Assembly: GCA_964486045.1 (NCBI GenBank)
Contig: CAZALK010000020.1
Coordinates: 16,985-80,984, forward strand
Direction of reading: 5' to 3'
Source of the DNA: an uncultured archaeon
GTDB lineage: Archaea; Asgardarchaeota; Lokiarchaeia; Sigyniarchaeales; SOKP01
DNA length: 64,000 nucleotides
Below the pieces are notes generated by a model. That model made no database searches. It was not told the origin of the DNA and saw only the letters and a list, made by a program, of their open reading frames with translations. Position numbers and translations under genes: made by a program. Positions 37,260 to 46,687 of this stretch are shown here, in pieces (position 1 is the stretch's first letter; each line of letters begins with the position of its first letter).

Positions 37260-38615
37260 TTAAAATTTGTTTTGGAAAAATAATTTGAAATCCTGATAAT
37301 TTCTAATTTCTACCGGACTTGGGATCTCTTTGTTATTTTGGATAATATTCAACGAATTTGGTATTTTTGGTGTGATTTTAATTAATGAGATAATCTCGTT
37401 AGGGAACTTTGCAGGATCTGCCGTTTCGAAAATTATACCCTTGCATTTTGCATCTAAAGTATAATTATTTCTGTAAATATCTAAAGATGCCCATCCAACA
37501 GCCCCATGAGGTTCGATGATCCTGTGATATCTTTTGTAAAAATTTATAATTGTCTGTTTTGTTAACTTATCATTTATTGAATATGACACGATTTCACGTC
37601 TAATTTTGCCTAAATTTGGATATTTTTGCATTACACCAGTCTCATCAATCTGACCGTTATACAAATCTATAATTCGTGCAAAGTTCGAAGGGTGGCCAAC
37701 GTTCATAGCATTACTAATACAATTTTTTGAAGGTTCTACTTTTTCATATATACCTGTTTCTAAAAATCTTGGAAATTCGTTGTTCTCATTTACTGCTGAG
37801 ATAAATTTTCGTACAGGTAAACCCATTTTATATGCTATTAATCCACCCATAAGATTTCCAAAGTTCCCAGAAGGCACTGAAAAAATAACTTTCTCATCAG
37901 TTTCTTCAATAACACGGGAATAACTATAGAAATAATAAATAGCTTGAGGGATTAATCTCCCAATATTTATTGAATTCGCTGAAGAGAGCCCAGAGTCTTT
38001 TAAATCAGGATCAGCAAAAGCAGATTTGACTATACTTTGACAATCATCAAATTTCCCATTAATCCCAATTGCTGTTATGTTCTTTCCAAGTGTGCTCATT
38101 TGTTTTCTTTGTAAATCACTTATTTCATTTCTAGGGAATAAGACGATAACTTTTATTCTTTTAACATCAAAAAATGCTTGAGCTACAGCTCCACCAGTGT
38201 CTCCTGATGTTGCAGTAAGAATCACACTTTTCTTATCTTCAATTTCAAGAAAATATTCCATAATTTTTGCGAGTGTTCGAGCCCCAAAATCTTTAAAACT
38301 CGCGGTTGGACCTTGGTCTAGATAACAGACATAATCATTTTCGCGAATTTTTTCAATGGGCACTAAAAAATTAAGAGCATCTTTTAAAATTTTCTTGAGG
38401 TCATTATTAGGTATACAGCCACCTATAATTTCAGAAATAACCTCAAATCCAACATCATTTATCTTCAAATTTTTAAAGTTATTGATAATTTCCATAGATA
38501 ATTTAGGAATTTTATTCAGCATATATAATCCTTTATCTAACGCTTGCCCTCTTAGTACCGCTGTTTTAAAATCAACATCCGGGGTTCTATAATTTGTGGA
38601 ATGATATTTTATCAT
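37260..38615 (-). CDS. thrC: threonine synthase
   Basis: 451 aa. The PLP-lysine block PTASFKDFGAR, SGDTGGA and SANSINIGRL match long-form ThrC. Confidence 0.9.
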   Translation of the reverse strand: MIKYHSTNYRTPDVDFKTAVLRGQALDKGLYMLNKIPKLSMEIINNFKNLKINDVGFEVISEIIGGCIPNNDLKKILKDALNFLVPIEKIRENDYVCYLDQGPTASFKDFGARTLAKIMEYFLEIEDKKSVILTATSGDTGGAVAQAFFDVKRIKVIVLFPRNEISDLQRKQMSTLGKNITAIGINGKFDDCQSIVKSAFADPDLKDSGLSSANSINIGRLIPQAIYYFYSYSRVIEETDEKVIFSVPSGNFGNLMGGLIAYKMGLPVRKFISAVNENNEFPRFLETGIYEKVEPSKNCISNAMNVGHPSNFARIIDLYNGQIDETGVMQKYPNLGKIRREIVSYSINDKLTKQTIINFYKRYHRIIEPHGAVGWASLDIYRNNYTLDAKCKGIIFETADPAKFPNEIISLIKITPKIPNSLNIIQNNKEIPSPVEIRNYQDFKLFFQNKF

Positions 38616-38782
38616 AGATTTTTCAAAACAATTTCAATCGTTATAATAAAATCAATCAACGCTCAAAAATTAAATACTTATGACTTATCTTTAAAATTTT
38701 TTGAAGACAATTTTAATTCCTTAAAATAGTTTAATACATAATAATGATTCATATCTCTGAAAACCATTGAGGTGACAATAAT

Positions 38783-39532
38783 ATGAATAATGAAGATAAA
38801 GAGAAAACCTATGGGATTGAAGAAATATATGAAATGCTTGATAAAAAATTGAATCATGAAGAAATTTACAATTATATTGAAACAGGTATATTAGAGGGAC
38901 AGATGGTTGATGATAAATGGCAGATGACTCAAAAATCTATAAATAGTTTTATGAAAACTTTAGCTGAAGAAAGAGCATATATGGTTGGACCTTTTACACT
39001 GGATATTTCAGATATTAAATTAGAAGGTAGGATTCTAGACATAGGAGGAGGTGGAGAAGGGATTATAGGACAATTTAAGAAAGAACAAGTAATCGCAATT
39101 GATAAAAAAAAGAACGAGTTAGAAGGAGCACCTAAAAGTGGTGACTTAAAAATAATTATGGATGCGAAAGACTTGAAATTCTTAGATAATACATTTGATA
39201 CTGTTACCGCGTTTTTTTCGATGATGTACGTTCCTTTTAGTGATCACATTCTAATTTTTCAAGAAATTTGTAGAGTGTTAAAAATAGATGGGGAATTTTT
39301 ACTCTGGGATGTTAATATCCCTAAGAGGACAAATAAATCAAAAGATATTTATGGGGTGACCCTAAAGGTTAAAATTCCTGAAAAAATGATAGAAACGGGT
39401 TATGGTGTATTTTGGGTTAGAAAAAAAGATGTAGATTATTACAAACAGGTTGCTACAAATACTGGATTTAAGATTTTAGAGCAAAAAGTAGAAAATCAAA
39501 TATTCTTCTTACGATTCAAGAAAGAGATATAA
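38783..39532 (+). CDS. SAM-dependent methyltransferase with N-terminal excisionase/MerR-like HTH
   Basis: ILDIGGGGEG (motif I) and FDTVTAFFSMMYV (motif II/III) are present. The N-terminal 60 aa look like a helix-turn-helix DNA-binding domain. GAGGTGA lies 7 nt before the ATG. Confidence 0.65.
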   Translation: MNNEDKEKTYGIEEIYEMLDKKLNHEEIYNYIETGILEGQMVDDKWQMTQKSINSFMKTLAEERAYMVGPFTLDISDIKLEGRILDIGGGGEGIIGQFKKEQVIAIDKKKNELEGAPKSGDLKIIMDAKDLKFLDNTFDTVTAFFSMMYVPFSDHILIFQEICRVLKIDGEFLLWDVNIPKRTNKSKDIYGVTLKVKIPEKMIETGYGVFWVRKKDVDYYKQVATNTGFKILEQKVENQIFFLRFKKEI

Positions 39533-39581
39533 TAATTAAGTTGAAATTATGACAAATTCTACCATTAATCAAACGGGTGTC

Positions 39582-40106
39582 TTATAAAGATTCTGCTAGC
39601 TCGTTAATTTTAACTAGTACTTCTTCTGGAGTGCTTACTCCATAGACAATATCATTTCTCCTATCATCTATTTTTTGATTGGCAATTTTAGAAGACCACC
39701 CTTCAACACTTGACAAAGCAACAATAGGTTTATTGTATATCCATGCGAAACTAATTTCAGATAAGGTTCCTGCCTTACCACTAATAGCTAAACATATATC
39801 TCCCGTGAGAACAACTACTATATTTCTCGCTTGAGAAAAGGGACATGGAATTACAATATCTACATATTTATTAGCACGATCTTTTTCCTTGTATGGTATA
39901 ATTCCAATGGTTAATCCATTATTTTCTTTGACACCTTTACAAATAGCCTTCATTACTCCAGATAACCCACCACAAGCTACAGCGTAGTTATTTTTTGCGA
40001 GTAATCTCCCAATTTCAATTGTTTTATCCTCTATTTCTTTACTGATTTCGCTTGCTCCAATAACAGATATTACTGCTTTATAATTATCTTTAAAATTAAA
40101 TTTCAG
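39582..40106 (-). CDS. TIGR00725/LOG-like (SLOG superfamily) protein
   Basis: The track ORF begins at 39953, but the in-frame upstream sequence reads ISVIGASEISKEIEDKTIEIGRLLAKNNYAVACGGLSGVM. That is the conserved N-terminal Rossmann block of the family. No ATG/GTG/TTG is present; the candidates are CTG at 40106 (9 nt after GGAGGG) or ATA at 40115. Confidence 0.6.
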   Translation of the reverse strand: MKFNFKDNYKAVISVIGASEISKEIEDKTIEIGRLLAKNNYAVACGGLSGVMKAICKGVKENNGLTIGIIPYKEKDRANKYVDIVIPCPFSQARNIVVVLTGDICLAISGKAGTLSEISFAWIYNKPIVALSSVEGWSSKIANQKIDDRRNDIVYGVSTPEEVLVKINELAESL

Positions 40107-40144
40107 CTTAATTATCCCTCCGTTTATTGTAATTAAAAGAATTT

Positions 40145-41158
40145 TTAAGACATGGTTTGTCTTTTTATCCCAATGTTAACTAAATCATTTATAATTGCTG
40201 ATGCTGCCTCAAAACCACCTGCTCCTCTCCCTATTAAGATTATTGGTCCTGCGTATTTAGTTTGTAATTCGATTACATTTAAAGTTCCATTTATATTTAA
40301 TGGGGAAGACTTGTCAATTAACATTGGTTTAACAATAAGTTTATTTGATTCTGCCATCGCTAAATGTTTTATTACATAACCCTCTGATTTTGCAAGATCT
40401 ATTGCCTGAGGTGTTATTTTTGAAATGCCTTCAATTTTAACATCAGTTATGCTTTTTGAATAATCCAGTAAATCATTAGCTATTATTACCAATTTGCCTG
40501 CCGCATCATACCCCTCAATATCTAACGTCGGATCTGTTTCAGCATATCCCAATTCCTGTGCTTCACTCAATGCAAAAGCAAAATTAACACTTTCTGCAGT
40601 CATTCTACTCAAAATATAGTTATTCGTCCCATTAAGGATAGCCTTGATGCTTAAGATTTCATTTCCAATTAAATTCTCTCTTATACCTAAAGTTGGAACA
40701 GAACTAGCTACCGTAGCTTCATATTTTAAACTACAATTATTTTCTTTAGCTATGTTCTTAATTTTTTCATATTCTAAGTAGAAAGGACCTTTATTTGAAG
40801 AAATCACATCTATATGGTTCTTTAAAGCTTCAATGATGTGAGTAAGCCCAGGTTCACCCGTTTTGTGATTAGTGGGTGTGGTTTCGATACAAACATCAAT
40901 TTTTAGTTTTGAAATTAAATCAATTGGCGTTACACCATTTTTCCAGTTTGGCAAATTTTTGATGTCTTTCTTGTTATTAAGTAACTCCTTTAAGCCAATT
41001 CCATCTTCTTTAATTAAAGCTCCATCAATCTCAAATATTGAGTTCACATTAAATTTTAAATCAAATTTTCGTTCAAAAAATTCTTCTTTTTCATACAATA
41101 ATTGAAGAAAACTAGTACCTACGACACCCATTCCAATTAAACAAATTTTAATGTCCAT
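40145..41158 (-). CDS. hom: homoserine dehydrogenase
   Basis: The N-terminal Rossmann motif is IKICLIGMGVVGTS. The central and C-terminal blocks NGT-NYIL and AQELGYAETDP are canonical. Confidence 0.9.
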   Translation of the reverse strand: MDIKICLIGMGVVGTSFLQLLYEKEEFFERKFDLKFNVNSIFEIDGALIKEDGIGLKELLNNKKDIKNLPNWKNGVTPIDLISKLKIDVCIETTPTNHKTGEPGLTHIIEALKNHIDVISSNKGPFYLEYEKIKNIAKENNCSLKYEATVASSVPTLGIRENLIGNEILSIKAILNGTNNYILSRMTAESVNFAFALSEAQELGYAETDPTLDIEGYDAAGKLVIIANDLLDYSKSITDVKIEGISKITPQAIDLAKSEGYVIKHLAMAESNKLIVKPMLIDKSSPLNINGTLNVIELQTKYAGPIILIGRGAGGFEAASAIINDLVNIGIKRQTMS

Positions 41159-41257
41159 TTGCCTCAGGAGATCTTTTTTATTCTAAGATTTAGTTGATAA
41201 ATTAAATTAGTCGGCTACCATACAATTACCACGTTAATTATAAGAAATTAATTCCTT

Positions 41258-41749
41258 CTAATTCGTTATGAGAAATAATTCTTTTTCATCACAAATCATT
41301 CTAATTTCATTTACTATCTCATTTTTTGTAGTTCCTTCAGAAAATTCAATTTTAAGTTTTACATTACTAACTTCTTCAAATTCCGTAAAAACTGCATGCA
41401 ATTCTAGCACTCTAATACTTTTAGAAGCCAATCTTTGTAATGTATCTAGAATATCTGTACCAAAAACATGTCCAGTTAAGAGAACAATTATACCCTTTCT
41501 TTCTATCCCATAACTAACATTCTCAATTTGAATATTCTTTTCTTTTAACTCCAATTTAATATTTTGCATACTTATTTCTTTTATATCTTCAATCAGCTCA
41601 AAATTGATATTGACAGGTATCATATTATTTATCTTCCTATCATGGAAGTGCAATATGCCATAAATGTTCCCCCCATTCTGCGAAATTGGCTTTATTAATT
41701 CTATTAAACTTCCTGGAGTATCAGGGATCTTTACTTCTAAATTTATCAT
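41258..41749 (-). CDS. ACT-domain (amino-acid-binding) regulatory protein
   Basis: 163 aa. LEVKIPDTPGSLIELIKPIS has the beta-alpha-beta ACT signature, and a second ACT-like half is present. It lies directly upstream of hom and ends in TAG. Confidence 0.65.
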   Translation of the reverse strand: MINLEVKIPDTPGSLIELIKPISQNGGNIYGILHFHDRKINNMIPVNINFELIEDIKEISMQNIKLELKEKNIQIENVSYGIERKGIIVLLTGHVFGTDILDTLQRLASKSIRVLELHAVFTEFEEVSNVKLKIEFSEGTTKNEIVNEIRMICDEKELFLITN

Positions 41750-41804
41750 AATTTAATCATTTCAAATTTTATTTTTTTTGCAGTTATATTGAATATGCTA
41801 CTTC

Positions 41805-42767
41805 TTAAAATCTAATAACTTCTACAGATTCAGTTCCATCGTTTATCTTCAAAAGATTTGGATCATTAATAATTTTACCTATTAAATTCGCATCTAACCC
41901 ATATTCTTGAAAAATCTGTATCAATTCATTTGTTTTATGTACTGGAGCAGTTAATATGAATGAAGTAGTGAGATACATTTGAATAAATGTTTGTAGATCA
42001 TAATTTTCATCTAATAATACTGGTGGTATTTTGATTTTTGTAATATCCACATTAGCACCTACATTTGAATATTTTACCATTTGTAATATCGTTCCAAAAA
42101 TTCCGCCATTAGATACATCCTTTGATGAGTTAGCTAAATTCTTTTTTGCAATAGCATTCATAGCTTTTCTTTTCTGTAATACATGTTCAGATAATTTAAA
42201 AGTAGTTGTGTCATAATAAAGATTACTTGCTGTGCTTACTCTTCCATCAAAATCAACAGCTAAGATTATATCATCTCCTACTTGGGCGTTTCCAGCAGAG
42301 ATATAATCTTCCTTCTGAATTTCACCAATCATGGTAGAACTTAATTCATAACATTTCCCATGTATATTTGTATGACCTCTTATAATTGGAACTCTAAATT
42401 TATTAGATCCCTCACATATCCCCTTTAGAATTTCTTCACATGATTCAGGATCCTTTACAGAAATTATTATACTTGCTGCGAGTGGGGTACCACCACATGC
42501 ATAAATATCATCAACACTGACTAAAATAGAACTATACCCTGCTCCGCGCCCAAAATTCTCGATAAAAGATGTTTTTATCCTATCGGTTGTTACAAGTATA
42601 TATTTTTCGTTATTTTTTATCGCTGCCGCGTCTTCTCCGATGTCTAAATAGATATCTGTACTTTTAAAAGAATTTTTATCAATATACTGAATTATCGGGG
42701 TAATTTCTTTCTTTTCAATAATATTTTTATTGGTTTTAATGGTTTCAGCAATCTTTTTAAGTATCAT
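41805..42767 (-). CDS. AIR-synthase-related (PurM/ThiL/HypE superfamily) protein
   Basis: DIGEDAAAI...LVTTDRI is the N-domain motif of the PurM superfamily. The 320-aa length is compatible with it. The subfamily is not resolved. Confidence 0.6.
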   Translation of the reverse strand: MILKKIAETIKTNKNIIEKKEITPIIQYIDKNSFKSTDIYLDIGEDAAAIKNNEKYILVTTDRIKTSFIENFGRGAGYSSILVSVDDIYACGGTPLAASIIISVKDPESCEEILKGICEGSNKFRVPIIRGHTNIHGKCYELSSTMIGEIQKEDYISAGNAQVGDDIILAVDFDGRVSTASNLYYDTTTFKLSEHVLQKRKAMNAIAKKNLANSSKDVSNGGIFGTILQMVKYSNVGANVDITKIKIPPVLLDENYDLQTFIQMYLTTSFILTAPVHKTNELIQIFQEYGLDANLIGKIINDPNLLKINDGTESVEVIRF

Positions 42768-42862
42768 TTATGAAATTAATATAAAGTTATTAATAATTAA
42801 TTTTTCTTAATTTACCTAAGGAAATTTAAAATTTATAATATAAACAAAAATTATTTTATACA

Positions 42863-44362
42863 ATGGAAAGATTATTTGAATCTTCGCTAATTAAAGGATT
42901 TATATTTAGTGCCTACGGGGAACTAGGACCACAACCCGTTTATACATGGCCTAATTATTATACCGAAAAAGAAATAAAACAAATTAAAACTGAAGAAAAG
43001 AAATCTCTAATTTTATCATTAAGGGATGTCACTCAAATCTCAATAAAGAATCTCAGCTTATTTATAAGTGACAGAGAATTCTCACAAGAAAAAGACTTCC
43101 AAAATCTAAGATATTTCGCTATTTTACCCTATCCTGATTTTAAAGCAACATCTCTCACTTATTTTCATTATATTGAAAATGGTACTTTTGACCTACCTGT
43201 CGCCACCGCATTTTCAATATTAGTTGAGGAATATAGAAGAAGTTTCTTATACAATAATATAAACAGAATTAAACCGATAGTATCTGAATTCTTTACTCGG
43301 TTTGATCAAAAATTACTTGAGAATTATCCTCCTAAAGAAGAAATAGAAGAATTTTTTATTGAGTTGTTTAAACAGCTTAATGAGATTGAAAAAAATCCAT
43401 CAACCCCGATCACCTCTCACCGAAAATTAAAACTTATTTTTGCAGGTTTAGATGATTCTGGTAAAACCAGCTTCCTTTTAAGTGTTGATCGTAAATATAG
43501 TAAACTTATTGGGTTAAAACCAACTACAGGAGCGAGTATCAAATCAATTGAAGCTCTAGGTGCTACAATCTTTTTGTGGGACTTAGGTGGCCAGTTGAAA
43601 TTTCGAAGAAAGTATATAGATAAGGCTGAGATTTACTTATATGAAGCTGATTTAATTTTCTATTTTATTGACGTAAGAAATGAAAGTAGATTTGAAGAAA
43701 GCATAGAATATCTTCTTAGCATAAAAAAAGTATTAGGAGATTTTAAACAAAATACTCCAATTGTCTACATATTATCAAAAGGAGATTCTGATATTATAAA
43801 TACAGGAGAAATCAAAAATAATATTGAAAATGTGAAGAAAAAACTATTTGAAATTACTCCTAAAGAATCCCCTGAATTATATGTCACCAGTATCTTTCAA
43901 ATTTTTACAATTCTAAGGGCATTTTCTTCTGGAATTTCAAAATTAAGCCCTAATAGAAATTTAATAAATCATAACCTTAGAAATTTCTCTCTTAAAACAA
44001 AGGCTTTTTTAACATTACTCTTAAGTGAAGATGGTTTAGTTTTAGCAGACTTCTATTCCTCAAAAGCAAAGAAACTAACAAAGATTCCCAAATCTGAGGA
44101 ACTCATAAATGTTTTTGAGGTAACTGCACCTCAATTTGCCATGCTATTTAAAATCTTCTCAAGATTCAAAGCTTTAAAAGAAGAAGAAGCGATATTTAAA
44201 GTGTCTGATTCTGTAATCCTTTTTAAAAGGATCAAAGTTGTTGAGGAAAACATGTTCATTCTATTTCTGGTTGATAATGAGAAAAGAAAGGAAAAAATCA
44301 ACATTAAATTGCCCGTTTTCTTAGAGCAAACAAAAGAGTTATTGTTAAGATATATTGCATAA
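42863..44362 (+). CDS. three-domain GTPase: N-terminal longin-like domain + Rag/Gtr-like G domain + C-terminal roadblock-like domain (paralog of 30340..31806)
   Basis: 499 aa. The N-domain reads LIKGFIFSAYGELGPQPVYTWP...ILPYPDFKATSLTYFHYI. G1 is LIFAGLDDSGKTS, G3 is WDLGGQ, G4 is LSKGD and G5 is VTSIFQIFTILRAFSSGISKLSP. The C-domain reads LTLLLSEDGLVLADF.... Confidence 0.7.
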   Translation: MERLFESSLIKGFIFSAYGELGPQPVYTWPNYYTEKEIKQIKTEEKKSLILSLRDVTQISIKNLSLFISDREFSQEKDFQNLRYFAILPYPDFKATSLTYFHYIENGTFDLPVATAFSILVEEYRRSFLYNNINRIKPIVSEFFTRFDQKLLENYPPKEEIEEFFIELFKQLNEIEKNPSTPITSHRKLKLIFAGLDDSGKTSFLLSVDRKYSKLIGLKPTTGASIKSIEALGATIFLWDLGGQLKFRRKYIDKAEIYLYEADLIFYFIDVRNESRFEESIEYLLSIKKVLGDFKQNTPIVYILSKGDSDIINTGEIKNNIENVKKKLFEITPKESPELYVTSIFQIFTILRAFSSGISKLSPNRNLINHNLRNFSLKTKAFLTLLLSEDGLVLADFYSSKAKKLTKIPKSEELINVFEVTAPQFAMLFKIFSRFKALKEEEAIFKVSDSVILFKRIKVVEENMFILFLVDNEKRKEKINIKLPVFLEQTKELLLRYIA

Positions 44363-44381
44363 GTGCATTAATATACACACT

Positions 44382-45284
44382 TTAAAATAAAACTTTTAAA
44401 GGATTACTTTTTGAAATCTCTTTTTTTAAAACTCTTTTCCTATAATAGGAATTGACCCCAGAGATCAGAGCAACCGCAGGTACCACACATTTTGCGAACT
44501 TAAGTGGACCAAATAAAATGAAATCGCTTGGTGCACATGCACAATATACCATGATAGAGGCTATACTACCACATCGTGCAACCTCTCCATATTTCTTTAT
44601 AAAATCCCAACCATAAATCACATTAGCAGGAGCACATCCTGTAGGTAATCCAAACTTATTTTTTACTAAATGAGATGTCTCAAAATTTATTGAAATTGAT
44701 GGTAGATCTAACACTGCTGAATCGACCAAAATATTTTCAATTTTTGCCTTCAATGCTTTTGGAATTAATATTTCTTCTAATAATTTTAATTTCTGCATAG
44801 GAAAAAGATATCTTCTCCCAAAAGTTAACAAAATTGCGTTTCTGACCCCGATATTTTTTAATCTTTCAAGGTTTTCCTCGGTTGTCGCTTCATCTATACT
44901 GTTTAAAATAGCTCGATCAAGCAATCCTATTTCTTTTAATCCTTCCATTGCAGGAATACGAGAAAAATCAGTTAACCCATCAACCAAAAAAGGATAATCA
45001 ACAATATCAGCTACAAATTCACACTCTTTTATGAGTGCTTTAGGGTATGCACCAACGACATCAATTATTCCCTGCATTTTTGTGTCTTCAATAATTTCAG
45101 TAAATTCATTTAATTCGTTTTCAACGAGTAGTTTATCTATTTCACCGGTTTTCTCATTTAATAGCGCATCGTGATTCCCGTAAAAAACAGTACCGATCAT
45201 CGCAATAGGGTTTTGGCCAGGATTTCCCCCAATTCGATTCTTCCCTATTTGCAATACTTTCTGTTCGGTTTCGAAATTTAGCAT
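44382..45284 (-). CDS. mtrH: MtrH-family corrinoid:tetrahydromethanopterin/THF methyltransferase
   Basis: The N-terminus FETEQKVLQIGKNRIGGNPGQNPIAMIGTVFY matches the conserved MtrH start (F-x-x-EQ-x-V-x-x-I-G-x-x-x-I-GG-x-PGE-x-P-T-x-x-x-G-T-I-FY). The length is 300 aa. Confidence 0.8.
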   Translation of the reverse strand: MLNFETEQKVLQIGKNRIGGNPGQNPIAMIGTVFYGNHDALLNEKTGEIDKLLVENELNEFTEIIEDTKMQGIIDVVGAYPKALIKECEFVADIVDYPFLVDGLTDFSRIPAMEGLKEIGLLDRAILNSIDEATTEENLERLKNIGVRNAILLTFGRRYLFPMQKLKLLEEILIPKALKAKIENILVDSAVLDLPSISINFETSHLVKNKFGLPTGCAPANVIYGWDFIKKYGEVARCGSIASIMVYCACAPSDFILFGPLKFAKCVVPAVALISGVNSYYRKRVLKKEISKSNPLKVLF

Positions 45285-45358
45285 AATTCATGAATTTTTC
45301 GTTGTTATTTAATATAAAGAGAAAAATGATTCTATTATTCTGCGTGAACAATTATCAT

Positions 45359-46231
45359 TTATACTTTATTTTCTGCAAATGGTTTATCCAACATTAGTAA
45401 TTTAATAAAATTCGACACTTTATCATCGGGAATTATCAAGAATTTTCCTTTTATAGAATAACCATGAGCTTTTGCCCATGGATTCATTTTTTCAGAATAA
45501 GTCTTTTTATCCATCCGTAACACCTTTCTGATTAAATTTAACTCAACTTTTTTTAATTTAGTGACAATTTCCTTTATTTTTTTCTTTCTATTATTCTTTA
45601 CTGGCTCTCCCACCAAGGTTCCAACATATATAATGCTAATTATAAACTCGGGAATATACCGATGCATTAGAAGGACAATAATCGCAGCAATAAACGAGCT
45701 TGCGGCACTGATCGAGAAGTGAATATCTACCCAAGCATATCCAATATTATATAATTGAATTTGAATCAACATTCGGATAATATTGACAACATAAAAAATA
45801 ATTGATGAAATAATAAGAGCTTTAGTTTTTCTCCAAACTACATCCCTTTTTGTTTCCCTATCTTGGCTATGTGGCGTGAAAACAATCACACCTACAAAGA
45901 TGACAATTGCCTGAACGCCTGTACAAAATGTCTCAAAATAAATGGATGATTTCCCAGGAATATTAAATTTCCAATGATACAATGGTCCTGGTTCATGAAC
46001 AGCTGTAGCATTCATATTAAAAAAAAGATTTAGAAAATAAACTGTTTGCTTAACTGTAATTTCGTGTAACCAGTAATTCATCTCTAAATCGAAAAACAGA
46101 TAAACCAAATAAGCAGAAATGGGTGCACCTATAGCTAATAAAATCAGAGATCTTATTGAAAAGATATATTTCTTTTCATTAAATTCGATTATTGGCTTTT
46201 TAAAATTCATTAATTCTTTAAACTTCTGCAT
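45359..46231 (-). CDS. archaeosortase/exosortase-family membrane protein with soluble C-terminal extension
   Basis: Multi-pass membrane protein with ordered Cys...Arg...His candidates: ETFCTGVQAIV, VVNIIRMLIQ and VDIHFSISAAS. An extra charged C-terminal region of about 85 aa is present. Confidence 0.5.
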   Translation of the reverse strand: MQKFKELMNFKKPIIEFNEKKYIFSIRSLILLAIGAPISAYLVYLFFDLEMNYWLHEITVKQTVYFLNLFFNMNATAVHEPGPLYHWKFNIPGKSSIYFETFCTGVQAIVIFVGVIVFTPHSQDRETKRDVVWRKTKALIISSIIFYVVNIIRMLIQIQLYNIGYAWVDIHFSISAASSFIAAIIVLLMHRYIPEFIISIIYVGTLVGEPVKNNRKKKIKEIVTKLKKVELNLIRKVLRMDKKTYSEKMNPWAKAHGYSIKGKFLIIPDDKVSNFIKLLMLDKPFAENKV

Positions 46232-46451
46232 CCAATTTTTCCTCTCTGTCTTTCAAATGTTTAAAATGGTAATGAAATCTGTCTATAATTACATAATTTA
46301 AAATTAGTAATAATGGAATCATTACAAACCCAAGATTATAAGAACTCTCTGAAGTTAATAAAGGAATAGAATACCCAATTATAAATGCAAACAATAAGTT
46401 AATAGATAATAATAGCCAAATTAATACTTTCTTCTTAATTATTTGTTCCAT
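46218..46451 (-). CDS. small two-helix membrane protein
   Basis: 77 aa. It overlaps the start of the archaeosortase-like gene by 14 nt, suggesting translational coupling. Confidence 0.4.
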   Translation of the reverse strand: MEQIIKKKVLIWLLLSINLLFAFIIGYSIPLLTSESSYNLGFVMIPLLLILNYVIIDRFHYHFKHLKDREEKLDAEV

Positions 46452-46687
46452 GGTTTACAAAACATAAATTTATGATATAAAAACAAATTAATCATGATAA
46501 AAAATCTTTATTAAAGGTTAAATAAACTGATATTTAATTTTATTTCTAATCTCTTTTAGTCAATTTATTTAAAAGCTATTAGAAGCGCTTTTTAGGTTTG
46601 TTTTAGCCAAAAAATTAAAATTAAATAATATGATAACTTAATATCTAATAGAAATTTCAGAATAAAAGGAGTTTGTGGAGTCCAACA

